Shown piece by piece: positions 8,043 to 17,672 of a stretch of 64,000 nucleotides of DNA (position 1 is the stretch's first letter; each line of letters begins with the position of its first letter). The notes under the pieces were generated by a model. That model was not told the origin of the DNA, searched no databases, and saw only the letters and a list, made by a program, of their open reading frames with translations. The stretch comes from Armatimonadota bacterium (lineage in GTDB: Bacteria; Armatimonadota; HRBIN16): the NCBI GenBank assembly GCA_963677485.1, contig OY781964.1, positions 2,880,001-2,944,000 on the forward strand, given 5' to 3'. Both the position numbers and the translations under genes were made by a program.

Positions 8043-10019
8043 TCACGGCCAGGGGAATTTGGGCGTGGGGGCGTGCAGGAACCAGCTCACCATGCTCCAG
8101 AGGCAGGCACTCAGGAACTCGCCGAACACCAACCCCAGGAACAGCGGCCGCATGGTGCGGAAGGCTTTCATACCGCCGTAATGAACCAGAGGGGCCTTGA
8201 TGGCCCAGGCGATGAACATGCTGGCCCAGAACACCACCACTCCCCAGGTGGCGGTCATGCAGTATCCCAGCGGGTGCAGCGGAAAGCCCGGCATGGTCAG
8301 CCGAAGGTAACTCAACAGCGCGCACACGATCCCGCCCACGGTGATCCAGAAGGCGTTGACAGGCATCTTGTTGGGGTCGGGGGCCATGCCGGTCAGGATG
8401 CCGCTGTTTTCGCGGAAGAACTGCGTGTTGGCCTGACCCACCAAATAGTAATACAGGCTGTTCGCCCCTCGATGGTAGGTCAGTGTCATCTGAATAAACA
8501 ACGCGGCGAAGATGGCCAGCAGGGTGCCGCCCACCACGATCCAGAGCATCCGCCGGGCGTTGATTTTCGCTTGCTCCGCGATCTTCTGCCCATCTAACAT
8601 GCCGGTCAGCCATAATCCACGCGTGTCACGGGTATACATGCCGTCCAGGAAGGAGAGCATGGTCAGGCTTTTCGCATTCACCATGCCTCGGTTGCCCAGC
8701 AGGAACACATCGGATGGGGTGAACGCCCCCTCGGAGATGAGCATACCGCCTTCGGCCGTGGTGCGAGAGATGATGAGGGCCTGCACGAAAAGAAAAATCC
8801 CAAACTGGAGGAATGCCACCCACAGACTCATGCCGAAGAACACGCACCAGCACATGATGACCAAAAAACTGCCCACGAATCCCCAGAAAGCCACTTTGTA
8901 GGACATCATCTCCCGTGATTCGCCTGCATCGGCGGGCACCCTGTTCATCGCCCTCGCGTAGACAAACCGCAGATGGTGCCTTGCGCTGTAGAGCGTGACC
9001 ATCGCCAGCACGATGAACGCGCCGGCACACTGGTTGGCCACGTGGATGCCTGCCGCAGCGTGCAGCGCCCCCTCGTTGGCGTTCAAACTGCCGGCGATCA
9101 CCTCCTGACCTTTCCCGACCAGGAAGAAGAACCAGAAGCTGAACAGCAGATCCAAGGGCATCAGGTAGAAAAATCCGATGGCCGCGGGTGAGATATAGAT
9201 CGGGAAGTAGCTGACCTCATTCCATGGTTTTGTGGTGAGCATGTCATTAATCGAGAAGGCGAGTGTGACAGAGGGCACATTGGGAAACCATTGGGCGAAG
9301 CCGTTGATGCCGAACAGGAAAAATGCCAGACAGAAGCCGACCCACATCATGGGGCTGCGGAAGAAGGTGCCAGGCTGAAGCATCAGCTCCAGGGGCAGTT
9401 GCACCAGCGGGAAGGGCAGCTTTTCGTTCTCCACCCATTGCCGGCGCAGGATCACCGTGATGCACATATAGGCGAAATAGACCGCCAGAATCAACACTCC
9501 CCAGCAGATCAGCGGTCGTGCCCAGGCGTCCCAGGGGAGCATCTTGCCCAGCGGAAGACCGTCGTAATACCAGGTGACCACATGATCGATGCTCTTCGAG
9601 CTGGTATCCCAGGGCACCAGCCAGGGGTGGATGTGCTTCCAGAAAGTTGTCTCCCAGCCGTTTTTCGGTCCGAAGTAGTTCACACCTACCAGCAGCGGCA
9701 GCCACTTTTCCATCAGGCCGCGTGAGCTGATGAATGTGGCAGGCATCATGATGAGGTAGGAGGTGACGAGTTCGGTCGGGGTGAGTTTGGCCTTCGGTGC
9801 GACCCGTCCCAGTATCTGGTTGCAGAACACCACCGCGAAGAGCAACCCCACCAGTGCTGGCGCGAGCTGCATCATGCCGATCTGGATGTTGACGGCGATC
9901 AACTCGCCTGCGGGCACGATGTAACACAGCGCGATGGAGCCCAGCACGCCGGTGACGATGGCGCGGGCGCGGATGCGGCTTGGGGCAGGCGGTAGTGTGG
10001 ACATGGGGCCGAACAGCAA
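8043..10019 (-). CDS. Large polytopic membrane protein, DUF6785/DUF6784-like putative transporter
   Basis: About 15 TM helices; ILRRQWVENEKLPFPLVQLP and FPLHPLGY motifs; alternative ATG at 10004. Confidence 0.8.
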   Translation of the reverse strand: MLFGPMSTLPPAPSRIRARAIVTGVLGSIALCYIVPAGELIAVNIQIGMMQLAPALVGLLFAVVFCNQILGRVAPKAKLTPTELVTSYLIMMPATFISSRGLMEKWLPLLVGVNYFGPKNGWETTFWKHIHPWLVPWDTSSKSIDHVVTWYYDGLPLGKMLPWDAWARPLICWGVLILAVYFAYMCITVILRRQWVENEKLPFPLVQLPLELMLQPGTFFRSPMMWVGFCLAFFLFGINGFAQWFPNVPSVTLAFSINDMLTTKPWNEVSYFPIYISPAAIGFFYLMPLDLLFSFWFFFLVGKGQEVIAGSLNANEGALHAAAGIHVANQCAGAFIVLAMVTLYSARHHLRFVYARAMNRVPADAGESREMMSYKVAFWGFVGSFLVIMCWCVFFGMSLWVAFLQFGIFLFVQALIISRTTAEGGMLISEGAFTPSDVFLLGNRGMVNAKSLTMLSFLDGMYTRDTRGLWLTGMLDGQKIAEQAKINARRMLWIVVGGTLLAIFAALFIQMTLTYHRGANSLYYYLVGQANTQFFRENSGILTGMAPDPNKMPVNAFWITVGGIVCALLSYLRLTMPGFPLHPLGYCMTATWGVVVFWASMFIAWAIKAPLVHYGGMKAFRTMRPLFLGLVFGEFLSACLWSMVSWFLHAPTPKFPWP

Positions 10020-10090
10020 CCTCCGTGGATGTGATATTACTTATTTCACCGCAGCCGGGGCGAATTCCTGCTGATGGGTTTGGCGGTGTT

Positions 10091-10389
10091 CTCACGCGGA
10101 GGGGGAGGGTTCATCCACAAATTACGCAGATTGCACAGATTATATGGTGGGAGGGGAACAACCGGCCGCTGGGAACGCCAATCTCCAGATTGGCCTCCGG
10201 TGGGGATATGTCACGCGGAGACGCGGAGGGCGCGGAGGGGGAGAGTTCCTCCATAGATTACGCAGATTGCACAGATTATATGGTTGGAAAGGGGAACAAC
10301 CTGCACAGATTGACGGCTAACCTCTGGGAACGCCAATCTCCCGATTGGCCTCCCGTCTGGATGTGTCACGCGAAGATCGCAGAAGGGGG
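10091..10389 (+). repeat. Tandem composite repeat (about 2.2 units)
   Basis: Modules tcacgcggagacgcggag / ccacagattacgcagatt / ggaacgccaatctccNgattggcc repeated in the same order. Confidence 0.85.
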
Positions 10390-10390
10390 C

Positions 10391-10420
10391 TTGACAACCC
10401 ACAACGCAACCGGGTAAAAC
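10391..10420 (+). promoter_or_regulatory. Putative sigma70 promoter
   Basis: TTGACA-N18-TAAAAC upstream of GGAGGAG RBS and ATG 10470. Confidence 0.45.
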
Positions 10421-10469
10421 CATCTCAGGGCCGAACTGGAAAGCACAGGAAAGCAATGGAGGAGATCGC

Positions 10470-11579
10470 ATGTCACGTCACCTGATGGACGAGTTTTGTT
10501 GGATCGATATCGAAGAGCTAAAGCAAGCAAACCTGAGCGATGAAGTGAAATATAGCAGAATTGTGAGCTGGGCCCGCAGAGCCAGAGGGCAAAATCCGGG
10601 CGTATTTGATGCGCTGACCGAATGGGTGCTGGATGATTCGGAGTGGAGTGACGAAAAACTCGCCGAAAACAAGCAGATTTTGATGCAGGGTGTATTGACG
10701 CGGTTCAAAGAACAAAATGACCAACTTCGGGCGTGTTTGTCAGGTTTAGAGCCGTCTGGGATTGTGAATCCACCGGTGTACATGGCTTTGGATCGATTGG
10801 ATGACGAGCTTTCGGGGCGTCCTCATGACGAACGGTTGGTAGATGCGGTCGCCCAGATCTTTGCCGATTTTTCTGCCATGCGGGAGCGCAGTATTCGAGA
10901 GCTCATAGCCGGAAATCGAACAGGACCTACGGGTACGAATAGCGTCGATCTATTTGGATACATCAATTACCTGAAGGACTGCGATGCTGCGGTACAGTGG
11001 GCACTTTTCATGCCGGAGTTGGTTGAGAAACAGCAAAGTGGTTTCAAAGTGGATAGCTTTGAATACAAGAAAATGGGCGCTATGCGCTTTATCGGTCGGG
11101 AAAGCCGGGAAGGAGACGGCCTGGACAATATAGAGAACCTCAAGAAACTTTTTCACACTCTGGATGACCTTGGGGATTTTAAGTCCGGTTTTGACTATGA
11201 TGTGCTGTTTATGCATCATTACGGGCGGGGTGTCGATGTGGAGCCTTGGCATGGTTTTTGGGGGCGGTTTATGAAGGCAGAAACCCCTGTGCCGGAAGGA
11301 TTTCTGCATATCGACTTCGTTCCGGAAAGAACGGACGAACACCTCACGCCGGGACCGCCGTATCTTTCCCAGTTTGCGTTCGCCACTTTCTCCGGCGATA
11401 TGGTCGAACTGCACCAACACGAAGGATATGACGGCGATGCCATGTACGATGTGACCCGAAACACCATGCTTGGTGAGGGTGTATGTATTCCTTACCCGGA
11501 TAAATACTGGACTGCGGAAGTATTTCTGAACGGATGCGACCAACCCAGCACCGCCTATATGTTCAGCGCGGAACTGTAA
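10470..11579 (+). CDS. Hypothetical protein, C-terminal half possibly GyrI-like effector-binding domain
   Basis: 369 aa ORF with strong RBS; WGRFMKAETPVPEGF segment; visibly more AT-rich than flanks. Confidence 0.8.
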   Translation: MSRHLMDEFCWIDIEELKQANLSDEVKYSRIVSWARRARGQNPGVFDALTEWVLDDSEWSDEKLAENKQILMQGVLTRFKEQNDQLRACLSGLEPSGIVNPPVYMALDRLDDELSGRPHDERLVDAVAQIFADFSAMRERSIRELIAGNRTGPTGTNSVDLFGYINYLKDCDAAVQWALFMPELVEKQQSGFKVDSFEYKKMGAMRFIGRESREGDGLDNIENLKKLFHTLDDLGDFKSGFDYDVLFMHHYGRGVDVEPWHGFWGRFMKAETPVPEGFLHIDFVPERTDEHLTPGPPYLSQFAFATFSGDMVELHQHEGYDGDAMYDVTRNTMLGEGVCIPYPDKYWTAEVFLNGCDQPSTAYMFSAEL

Positions 11580-11585
11580 AAGACG

Positions 11586-11976
11586 GGATGTGTCACGCGG
11601 AGACACGGAGGACGCAGAGGGGGAGAATTCATCCACAGATGACGCAGATTACTCAGATTATGTGGTGTGTAGTGTAAAAACCGGCGCGGATTGGAGGCTA
11701 GCCCCTGGGCACGCCAATCTCCTGATTGGCCTCCGGTGGGGATGTGTCACGCGGAGACGCGGAGACGCGGAGGGGGAGGATTCATACACAGATTACGCAG
11801 ATTACGCGGATTTTCAGCTAGCCCCTGGGCACGCCAATCTCCTGGTTGGCCACCCGTGGGGATTGTCTCACGCGAAGACGCGAAGACGCGAAGGGGGGAT
11901 GATTTATCCGCCACCTCCCCATCCGTGACATCCGCGTCATCCGTGTAATCCGTGGTTCAGACAAGGCCGGCGCGGT
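11586..11976 (+). repeat. Tandem composite repeat (about 2.3 units plus atccgtggttcagac module)
   Basis: Same module order and orientation as 10091-10389. Confidence 0.85.
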
Positions 11977-12028
11977 CGTAATATAGCACACCGGTCTACG
12001 TTTTCCCGAACCCCAGAGAGGCCAGTCC

Positions 12029-13930
12029 TCATCGGTTGTCGATGATGACCGTGCCTTCTGCCAGCGACGGCCGGGGTTTTTGCTTACTTTCCGGTGCTAC
12101 ACTCATCCAGACAGCAATCTGCTTATTCTGTTCTATATACCCACGGCTGACATATGTGCTGCCCATGAGTGAGCAATAGGTGTTACCCCGCTCATCGTCG
12201 GCTTTAACATCCAGCATGGCCGACTGCGGTTCGGCGATGTTGCTTCCGGCTGCGGCCAGATACAGCTTTCTAGGAGCAAGGCCAGTGCGTTTCATGTGTA
12301 CGGTATAGGTGCCGGCCGGCAGTTTTGGCTGCAACAGCGGCTTAGTGCAGGTAAATACCCCTACCACGACATCACCACTATTTGATCGATTCTTCATCTG
12401 CATATCTAGTTGCTGGTTCCAGTAGATGCCGAAGTAGTCCGTTTGCTGGGTGTTTACGTAGTTGATCAATCCTGCGTCCTCACCTAGTGATACCTTGTTC
12501 ATTCGTGCGATGAGGGTCGCTACGTCGGATTTCACCTTCGCCTCTTGTGGGTAGAGCTGAGCCAGGGGAACAGCTCTTAATGTCAGTGCGATGGTGGGTT
12601 TGATATACATAGGCCAATCAGGTAAATTCGATATTGTGTAAACTTTTTGCCCAATGTGGCGGTAAATCGCTGATGTACCGTATCGGCTCGGACCAAAATA
12701 CCAGCGTGCTGAATTTGGTAGTTGAAGATCGGTGCCGTCGTATAGTTGGTTGTCTCCATGGGTAGTAATCAGGTTAGCCACCAGCGACACGCTGTGGCCT
12801 TCAGTATCGGATATCTGCCATACCAGATTGCCATTGTTCATCACGAGCTCCAGCAAGCAGGCTTTCACTCCACCGCCTAACGGTTGAAGCCCTGACACCA
12901 TGATTAACGCGGTGGGTATCCGCCAGCGAGAGCTCTCTGTGCCGCCGCCGCAAAGACTACGCATGATATCGATGTAGTGCGCATCTACCGTTTGCTCAAG
13001 TCCCGCCACCATACTGATACCGTATAAGACGGCTTTATCAGCCGACAGGTACCGGCAGTATGAGCGTGAACTAGAAAGAACTATACCCGGATACTTATCG
13101 TGTAGTTTTCTGACGCATCGCTGCCACATAAGTTGGTCGGCGCTGTTGATCGTTTCGTTAATATCCACACGCCTCGGTGATTGCCCACTTGAATATGGCC
13201 TCGCAATGCTGTTGACAATAGGCGTCTGTTTGTTGTCTACCAACAGCACATCATCGACACCAAGTTTCACCTTTCGGGACTTCGGACCCGCGGCGACCCA
13301 CACCCAGCCTTTGGACACCTTCACGTAGTCGAGTTGCGGGCCGGATCCGACCTCGAACCGCGTGCCCATGTCGGTGATGCTCACGCGTTTGGTGCTGATC
13401 TGGATGGGGCGACCGGTCACGCTGGCCTCCACCCAGCCTTTGATAAGCTTGATGGAGCGCGGCCCGGTGCGCAACACCTGGCTGTTGGGGCCGATATTCA
13501 AGCTGACGCCCCACGCCAGACGCCTCTTTTCGATTTGGGTTGAGGTGACCACTGACGACCCCTCACCGCCCATGCTGGGCATCCGCGACCAGACCACCCA
13601 CTGGCCCAGCAGCACACACAGCACCAGCACCGCTGCCCAGGCCAGGCTTCGCCGGACAATCACACCCTTCGTAACTGACTTGCGGGGTTTCATTTCGGGC
13701 ATTTCACTACTCACTTTGGGGCTCTCCTTCACACGCACAGTGTTCTCTTCGTCGATCTGTTGTGAGTAGGCCCAGCTGAACAGGCTCTGGTTGTCACCCC
13801 ATTGCTGCAGCAGCTCGCGGCATGTCTGGCACTGGCCCAGATGCGTTCGAACCTTCGCCGCCTGAGCCGCGTCCAGTTCCCCATCTGCATATGCCGAGAC
13901 TAAAACTTTCCAGTTTTGTGAACAGCGCAT
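12029..13930 (-). CDS. Anti-sigma factor (zinc-finger ZAS, TM, FecR-like and unknown C-terminal domains)
   Basis: SAYADGEL...HLGQCQTC (HxxxCxxC); TM helix; DMGTRFEV FecR motif; directly downstream of ECF sigma. Confidence 0.88.
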   Translation of the reverse strand: MRCSQNWKVLVSAYADGELDAAQAAKVRTHLGQCQTCRELLQQWGDNQSLFSWAYSQQIDEENTVRVKESPKVSSEMPEMKPRKSVTKGVIVRRSLAWAAVLVLCVLLGQWVVWSRMPSMGGEGSSVVTSTQIEKRRLAWGVSLNIGPNSQVLRTGPRSIKLIKGWVEASVTGRPIQISTKRVSITDMGTRFEVGSGPQLDYVKVSKGWVWVAAGPKSRKVKLGVDDVLLVDNKQTPIVNSIARPYSSGQSPRRVDINETINSADQLMWQRCVRKLHDKYPGIVLSSSRSYCRYLSADKAVLYGISMVAGLEQTVDAHYIDIMRSLCGGGTESSRWRIPTALIMVSGLQPLGGGVKACLLELVMNNGNLVWQISDTEGHSVSLVANLITTHGDNQLYDGTDLQLPNSARWYFGPSRYGTSAIYRHIGQKVYTISNLPDWPMYIKPTIALTLRAVPLAQLYPQEAKVKSDVATLIARMNKVSLGEDAGLINYVNTQQTDYFGIYWNQQLDMQMKNRSNSGDVVVGVFTCTKPLLQPKLPAGTYTVHMKRTGLAPRKLYLAAAGSNIAEPQSAMLDVKADDERGNTYCSLMGSTYVSRGYIEQNKQIAVWMSVAPESKQKPRPSLAEGTVIIDNR

Positions 13931-13934
13931 CTGC

Positions 13935-14468
13935 CTACCTCACTTCCTTCTGAGGGACCGTGGAGAGGTGTGACTTGGGGTTGGTGCCGGAAAGGTTCAG
14001 TCCCGCTTCCTCCATCAACTGCCGCAGCCGCTCCTTCGCACGGAAACACCGCACTCTGACCGTTCCCTCCGACACACTCAGGCTTTCCGCCAGCTCCTGG
14101 TAGCTCAAGCCCAGCAGATACTTCCCCGCCAGAAGCTCGCGCTCCGCGTGGGGCAGCTTGACCATCTGCTCGCAGAGTATCTCCGCGGTGGCGGTCTGGG
14201 TGTCGTCTGGGGCGGCCAATTCCTCGGGCAGCTCCAACTCCTGAGGCCGCTGACGGCGATAGCTCACCGCTTTGCGGCGCAGGATGGTGTAGAGCCATGC
14301 CCCAAGTTTCTCCCGTTCACGCAGTTTCTCGATGCCCTGATAGGCGTCGAGCAGCGTCTCCTGCACCAGATCGTAGGCCGCCTCCCGATCGCCGCACAGA
14401 TGGTACGCCGCCCGCGTGAGCGGGAGACGCCATCGCTGTGCGTGGCCGTCGAAATCTGCCTGTCTCAT
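13935..14468 (-). CDS. ECF sigma-70 factor
   Basis: AYDLVQETLL, GAWLYTI, GLSYQELAESLSVSEGTVRVRCFRAKERLR; start uncertain (14468 or 14534). Confidence 0.92.
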   Translation of the reverse strand: MRQADFDGHAQRWRLPLTRAAYHLCGDREAAYDLVQETLLDAYQGIEKLREREKLGAWLYTILRRKAVSYRRQRPQELELPEELAAPDDTQTATAEILCEQMVKLPHAERELLAGKYLLGLSYQELAESLSVSEGTVRVRCFRAKERLRQLMEEAGLNLSGTNPKSHLSTVPQKEVR

Positions 14469-14601
14469 GGGCTGTATGTTGTTTTCCGAGTGTTGAGATT
14501 GGTGTTCATAGTGATAGTGGTGCGTAATCTGCATTTCGTTACATGATGACGCAAAATGCGGACGAACTACTGGCGAAGAGGCGACCGGCCGACCGCTGCG
14601 G

Positions 14602-15351
14602 CTACCAGCGCACCTGGTCGAAGGAGGTGAACTTCTTCGCCTCGCTGGCAACACGCGCCACCGATGCGGCATGACCATCGGCGAAGGTGAAGTTGGCAAA
14701 CCGAGTGTCACCCACGCCTTTACTGTTGCCGATGTTGGAGCTGTTGATACGGTGCCGGAAATCGACCGTCTCGGGCCCGCCGGAGGCACTGGCCTGCTGT
14801 ATGGCGCAGTCGAATGCCAGTGCAGTGAGTCCGGGAGTGGGGGTTTGCTCCAGTATCGCTCCGCTCATCGAGCCGTTCATGCCGTACGCCAGCTCAGGGT
14901 TGGGGGAATCGGAGCACTTGAATGTGTAAGGCAGTTTGGTATAGACCTTCAGCGGCTCCTGCCAGTTCTCTCGCAAGGGCAGCCTGCCGTCATTGTCGTC
15001 TGCATACATGTGCATGGCCATACCGATCATCTTTTGGTTTTGGTAGCAGTTGGTCTGCTGTCCACGTTCTTTTTCGAGGCCTATTACGGGAAACACCAGA
15101 AGGTAGATGACGAAGCCAATTAGAAGGCCTACGGCAGAAAAGCTGAGTGCCCATTGGGACATCCGTTTGCTGACCGAAGACTGTGACTGGCTGGACACGG
15201 CGTATGCGATGATGCCGACCAGCAGCCCAAGCACACATAATAGCGGGCACAACAGGGAGCTGACTCCGATGATCATGGCGATCAGTGCCAGTTTGTATGC
15301 TGGTTCCTTCTGTGAATCCTCTGTAAAGAACGGTGACTGCATGTCGGCCAA
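14602..15351 (-). CDS. DUF4190-like TM plus DUF1559-like H-X9-DG domain protein
   Basis: Two N-terminal TMs; CYQNQKMIGMAMHMYADDND; RH...NFTFADGHA. Confidence 0.85.
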   Translation of the reverse strand: MADMQSPFFTEDSQKEPAYKLALIAMIIGVSSLLCPLLCVLGLLVGIIAYAVSSQSQSSVSKRMSQWALSFSAVGLLIGFVIYLLVFPVIGLEKERGQQTNCYQNQKMIGMAMHMYADDNDGRLPLRENWQEPLKVYTKLPYTFKCSDSPNPELAYGMNGSMSGAILEQTPTPGLTALAFDCAIQQASASGGPETVDFRHRINSSNIGNSKGVGDTRFANFTFADGHAASVARVASEAKKFTSFDQVRW

Positions 15352-15428
15352 CTCCTGTGTCGTTTATCTATAGTTCGTGTTACCATAAATTGTTTGCTAT
15401 CGCCACAAACATATGGAGGCCATATTCA

Positions 15429-15893
15429 ATGTTGATTTCAAAGTGGTATAGAACGATGATCCTGGTATTTACCGCACTGCACATCATGCCGTGTATGGGT
15501 AGCTTCACGGCGATATTTGCCACCGGCGATATCGGTGCCTTCTATACATTCATCATTTTAGCTACCGTAACGTATTTGTTTTGGCTGAGCTACGACCGAA
15601 TGAAAAAATCGCTCAAAGGCGGTCTTGGCCTATCATTCGTACTCGTATCCGCCGACTGGCTGCTGGTATGCTTATATCTTGTAAATGTCGTGCTTTTCGT
15701 CAACAAGTCCAGCATTGACGTCGTCGATCCCCCCAGTTCGCCGATGGCAGCCCTGTTAGGTATCGCCACTGGGTTGTTTTGGTTAATCGTGTTGTCCATC
15801 ATGATGGCGATGGGTATTCTTGAGATCATGCGCGCACGGTGCGATAAACGTAGTTCTGCGACAGGCACCCCGGGCGATTTGTTGGCAAACTAG
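15429..15893 (+). CDS. Hypothetical 4-TM membrane protein
   Basis: GGAGG RBS before ATG 15429; four hydrophobic segments; AT-richer. Confidence 0.65.
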   Translation: MLISKWYRTMILVFTALHIMPCMGSFTAIFATGDIGAFYTFIILATVTYLFWLSYDRMKKSLKGGLGLSFVLVSADWLLVCLYLVNVVLFVNKSSIDVVDPPSSPMAALLGIATGLFWLIVLSIMMAMGILEIMRARCDKRSSATGTPGDLLAN

Positions 15894-15947
15894 TAGGTGA
15901 GAGTTGATGCTCATCGCTCAACAACGATAGTAGTAGTGTGCCGCGGT

Positions 15948-16323
15948 CCCTACGCCCGCCGGAACGCGGGCCGGTATTGATCAGCGATGGGTGAAAGTGC
16001 CCGTACCGGGACGCAGTCACGGACGGGCCACCGAACCCATCGCCAAACGCCGATCGCCCATATCGCAAGCCACCAGTCACGGTGCCGCGGGTTTAGTCAC
16101 CCACACCACTCCGTTCCGGGAGCTGACGCTCCAGGAACTGCGTTGGTGCGGGTTCCTGCACCGCACGGCTGATCATTAGCGGCCGGTGTCGCTTCGCTCC
16201 GACCGGCGCAGGGAGGGTGGCCTTCCCTACGCCCGCCGGAACGCGGGCCGGTATTGATCAGCGATGGGTGAAAGTGCCCGTACCGGGACGAAGTCACGGA
16301 TGGGCCACCGAACCCATCGCCAA
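15948..16323 (+). repeat. Multi-hairpin repeat element, 277 bp unit, about 1.35 tandem copies
   Basis: About 98 bp direct repeat at 15948 and 16225; core tgccgcgggtttagtcaccc. Confidence 0.9.
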
Positions 16324-16417
16324 GGGCCAGAGGTGTCGATCGCCAGCTGCCAGCACGACAACTGCCCCCTGCCAACGGTAAACTGATAGTATTGTACGCG
16401 TATAGGAGAATCTCGTC

Positions 16418-17560
16418 ATGACCATTTTGCTTCCATTAATACTCACCGCCTTATTACTGGCCGTCTGCGGCTGGCGATGCACCGCGGCCGAGGTGCCGGC
16501 ACCTCCAGACCCCATCCACTCGCCGGAGCTGCTGCCCGATGGCCGTGTGACGTTCCGCGTGCAAGCCCCACAGGCCAAAGAGGCGGTGGTGGCCCTCGAC
16601 GGTGTGGGCATGCTGCCGATGACTAAGGATGCCAAAGGGATATGGAGTGCCACCAGCGCACCCATCAAGCCGGATGTGTATTCCTACAGCTTTATGGTGG
16701 ATGGCCTGGCCATGCCTGACCCTGCCAACTCCGACACGAAGAGCTTTGTGGCGGGCAGCCGCTGCAGTCTGCTTCACGTGCCCGGTGCACCAGCAAACCC
16801 TTGGGACTGGTGCGAAGTGCCGCATGGTGTGGTGCATCACCACGTGCTGGACTCGAAGCTGATCGGTGACCGGCGCGACTTCTACGTCTACACCCCACCG
16901 CAGTTCGACAGCACAGGCAAGACGCGCTACCCGGTGCTGGTCCTTCAGCACGGTTTGACCGACGATGCCAGCGCCTGGATGACCATCGGCCGGGCGAATG
17001 TAATCATGGACAACCTGATCGCGAAAGGCAAAATGGTGCCGATGGTGGTGGTGAACACGCTGGGGTACGGGATGCCCAACCCCCATCGCAGCTTGAAGCC
17101 GATGTTCGAGCCACAGACGGAAAGGCAGTGCGCCGAGGCCTTCACCAACTGCCTGCTGCAGGAGATAATGCCTGAGGTAGAACGGATATACCATACCTCG
17201 AGCGAGCGCGAGATGCACGCCATCACTGGGCTGTCGATGGGTGGGGGGCAGTCGCTGAGCATCGGACTGACTCATCTGGACCGCTTTGCGTGGGTCGGCT
17301 CGTTCAGCGGGGCGATCACCATGATCATCGACCCTGCGAAGGTGTTTGAGAACCTCAGAGCATCGACTAATGCGCAGATTCGGCTGTTGTGGATCGCCTG
17401 CGGGGTGGATGACTTCTTGATCGAGCCCAACCGGCAGTTCGATGCGATGTTGAAATCAAAGCAAATCAGGCACACCTACATCGAAACGCCGGGTGCCCAC
17501 ACCTGGTCGAACTGGCGTCAGTATCTTTCGGATCTGCTGCCGCTGCTGTTCCGAAGGTGA
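16418..17560 (+). CDS. Carbohydrate esterase (N-terminal Ig-like/CBM48-type domain plus alpha/beta esterase, CE1-like)
   Basis: Signal peptide; VTFRVQAPQA; YPVLVLQHG; GLSMGG nucleophile; GAHTWSNWR. Confidence 0.9.
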   Translation: MTILLPLILTALLLAVCGWRCTAAEVPAPPDPIHSPELLPDGRVTFRVQAPQAKEAVVALDGVGMLPMTKDAKGIWSATSAPIKPDVYSYSFMVDGLAMPDPANSDTKSFVAGSRCSLLHVPGAPANPWDWCEVPHGVVHHHVLDSKLIGDRRDFYVYTPPQFDSTGKTRYPVLVLQHGLTDDASAWMTIGRANVIMDNLIAKGKMVPMVVVNTLGYGMPNPHRSLKPMFEPQTERQCAEAFTNCLLQEIMPEVERIYHTSSEREMHAITGLSMGGGQSLSIGLTHLDRFAWVGSFSGAITMIIDPAKVFENLRASTNAQIRLLWIACGVDDFLIEPNRQFDAMLKSKQIRHTYIETPGAHTWSNWRQYLSDLLPLLFRR

Positions 17561-17672
17561 TTCTGGCGCGCTGAGCATCGTGCTGACCGGCGCAGATCCC
17601 CCACGCCGGTCTGGCCGCTGTGATAGAATCAAACTGTCCCTACAGCACGCAAATCACCAGGTGAAATCATTT

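Noticed and set aside
9980-10471. ORFs overlapping composite repeats (also 11590-11948, 15826-16375, 38289-38742, 40222-40494)
   Set aside because: Translations are periodic (TQITQI, HAETRR, ERQSPDW), lack RBS support and merely reflect the DNA repeats.
13935-14789. 284 aa long form of the ECF sigma factor
   Set aside because: The N-terminal extension overlaps the upstream gene and is low-complexity; sigma similarity begins near 14468.
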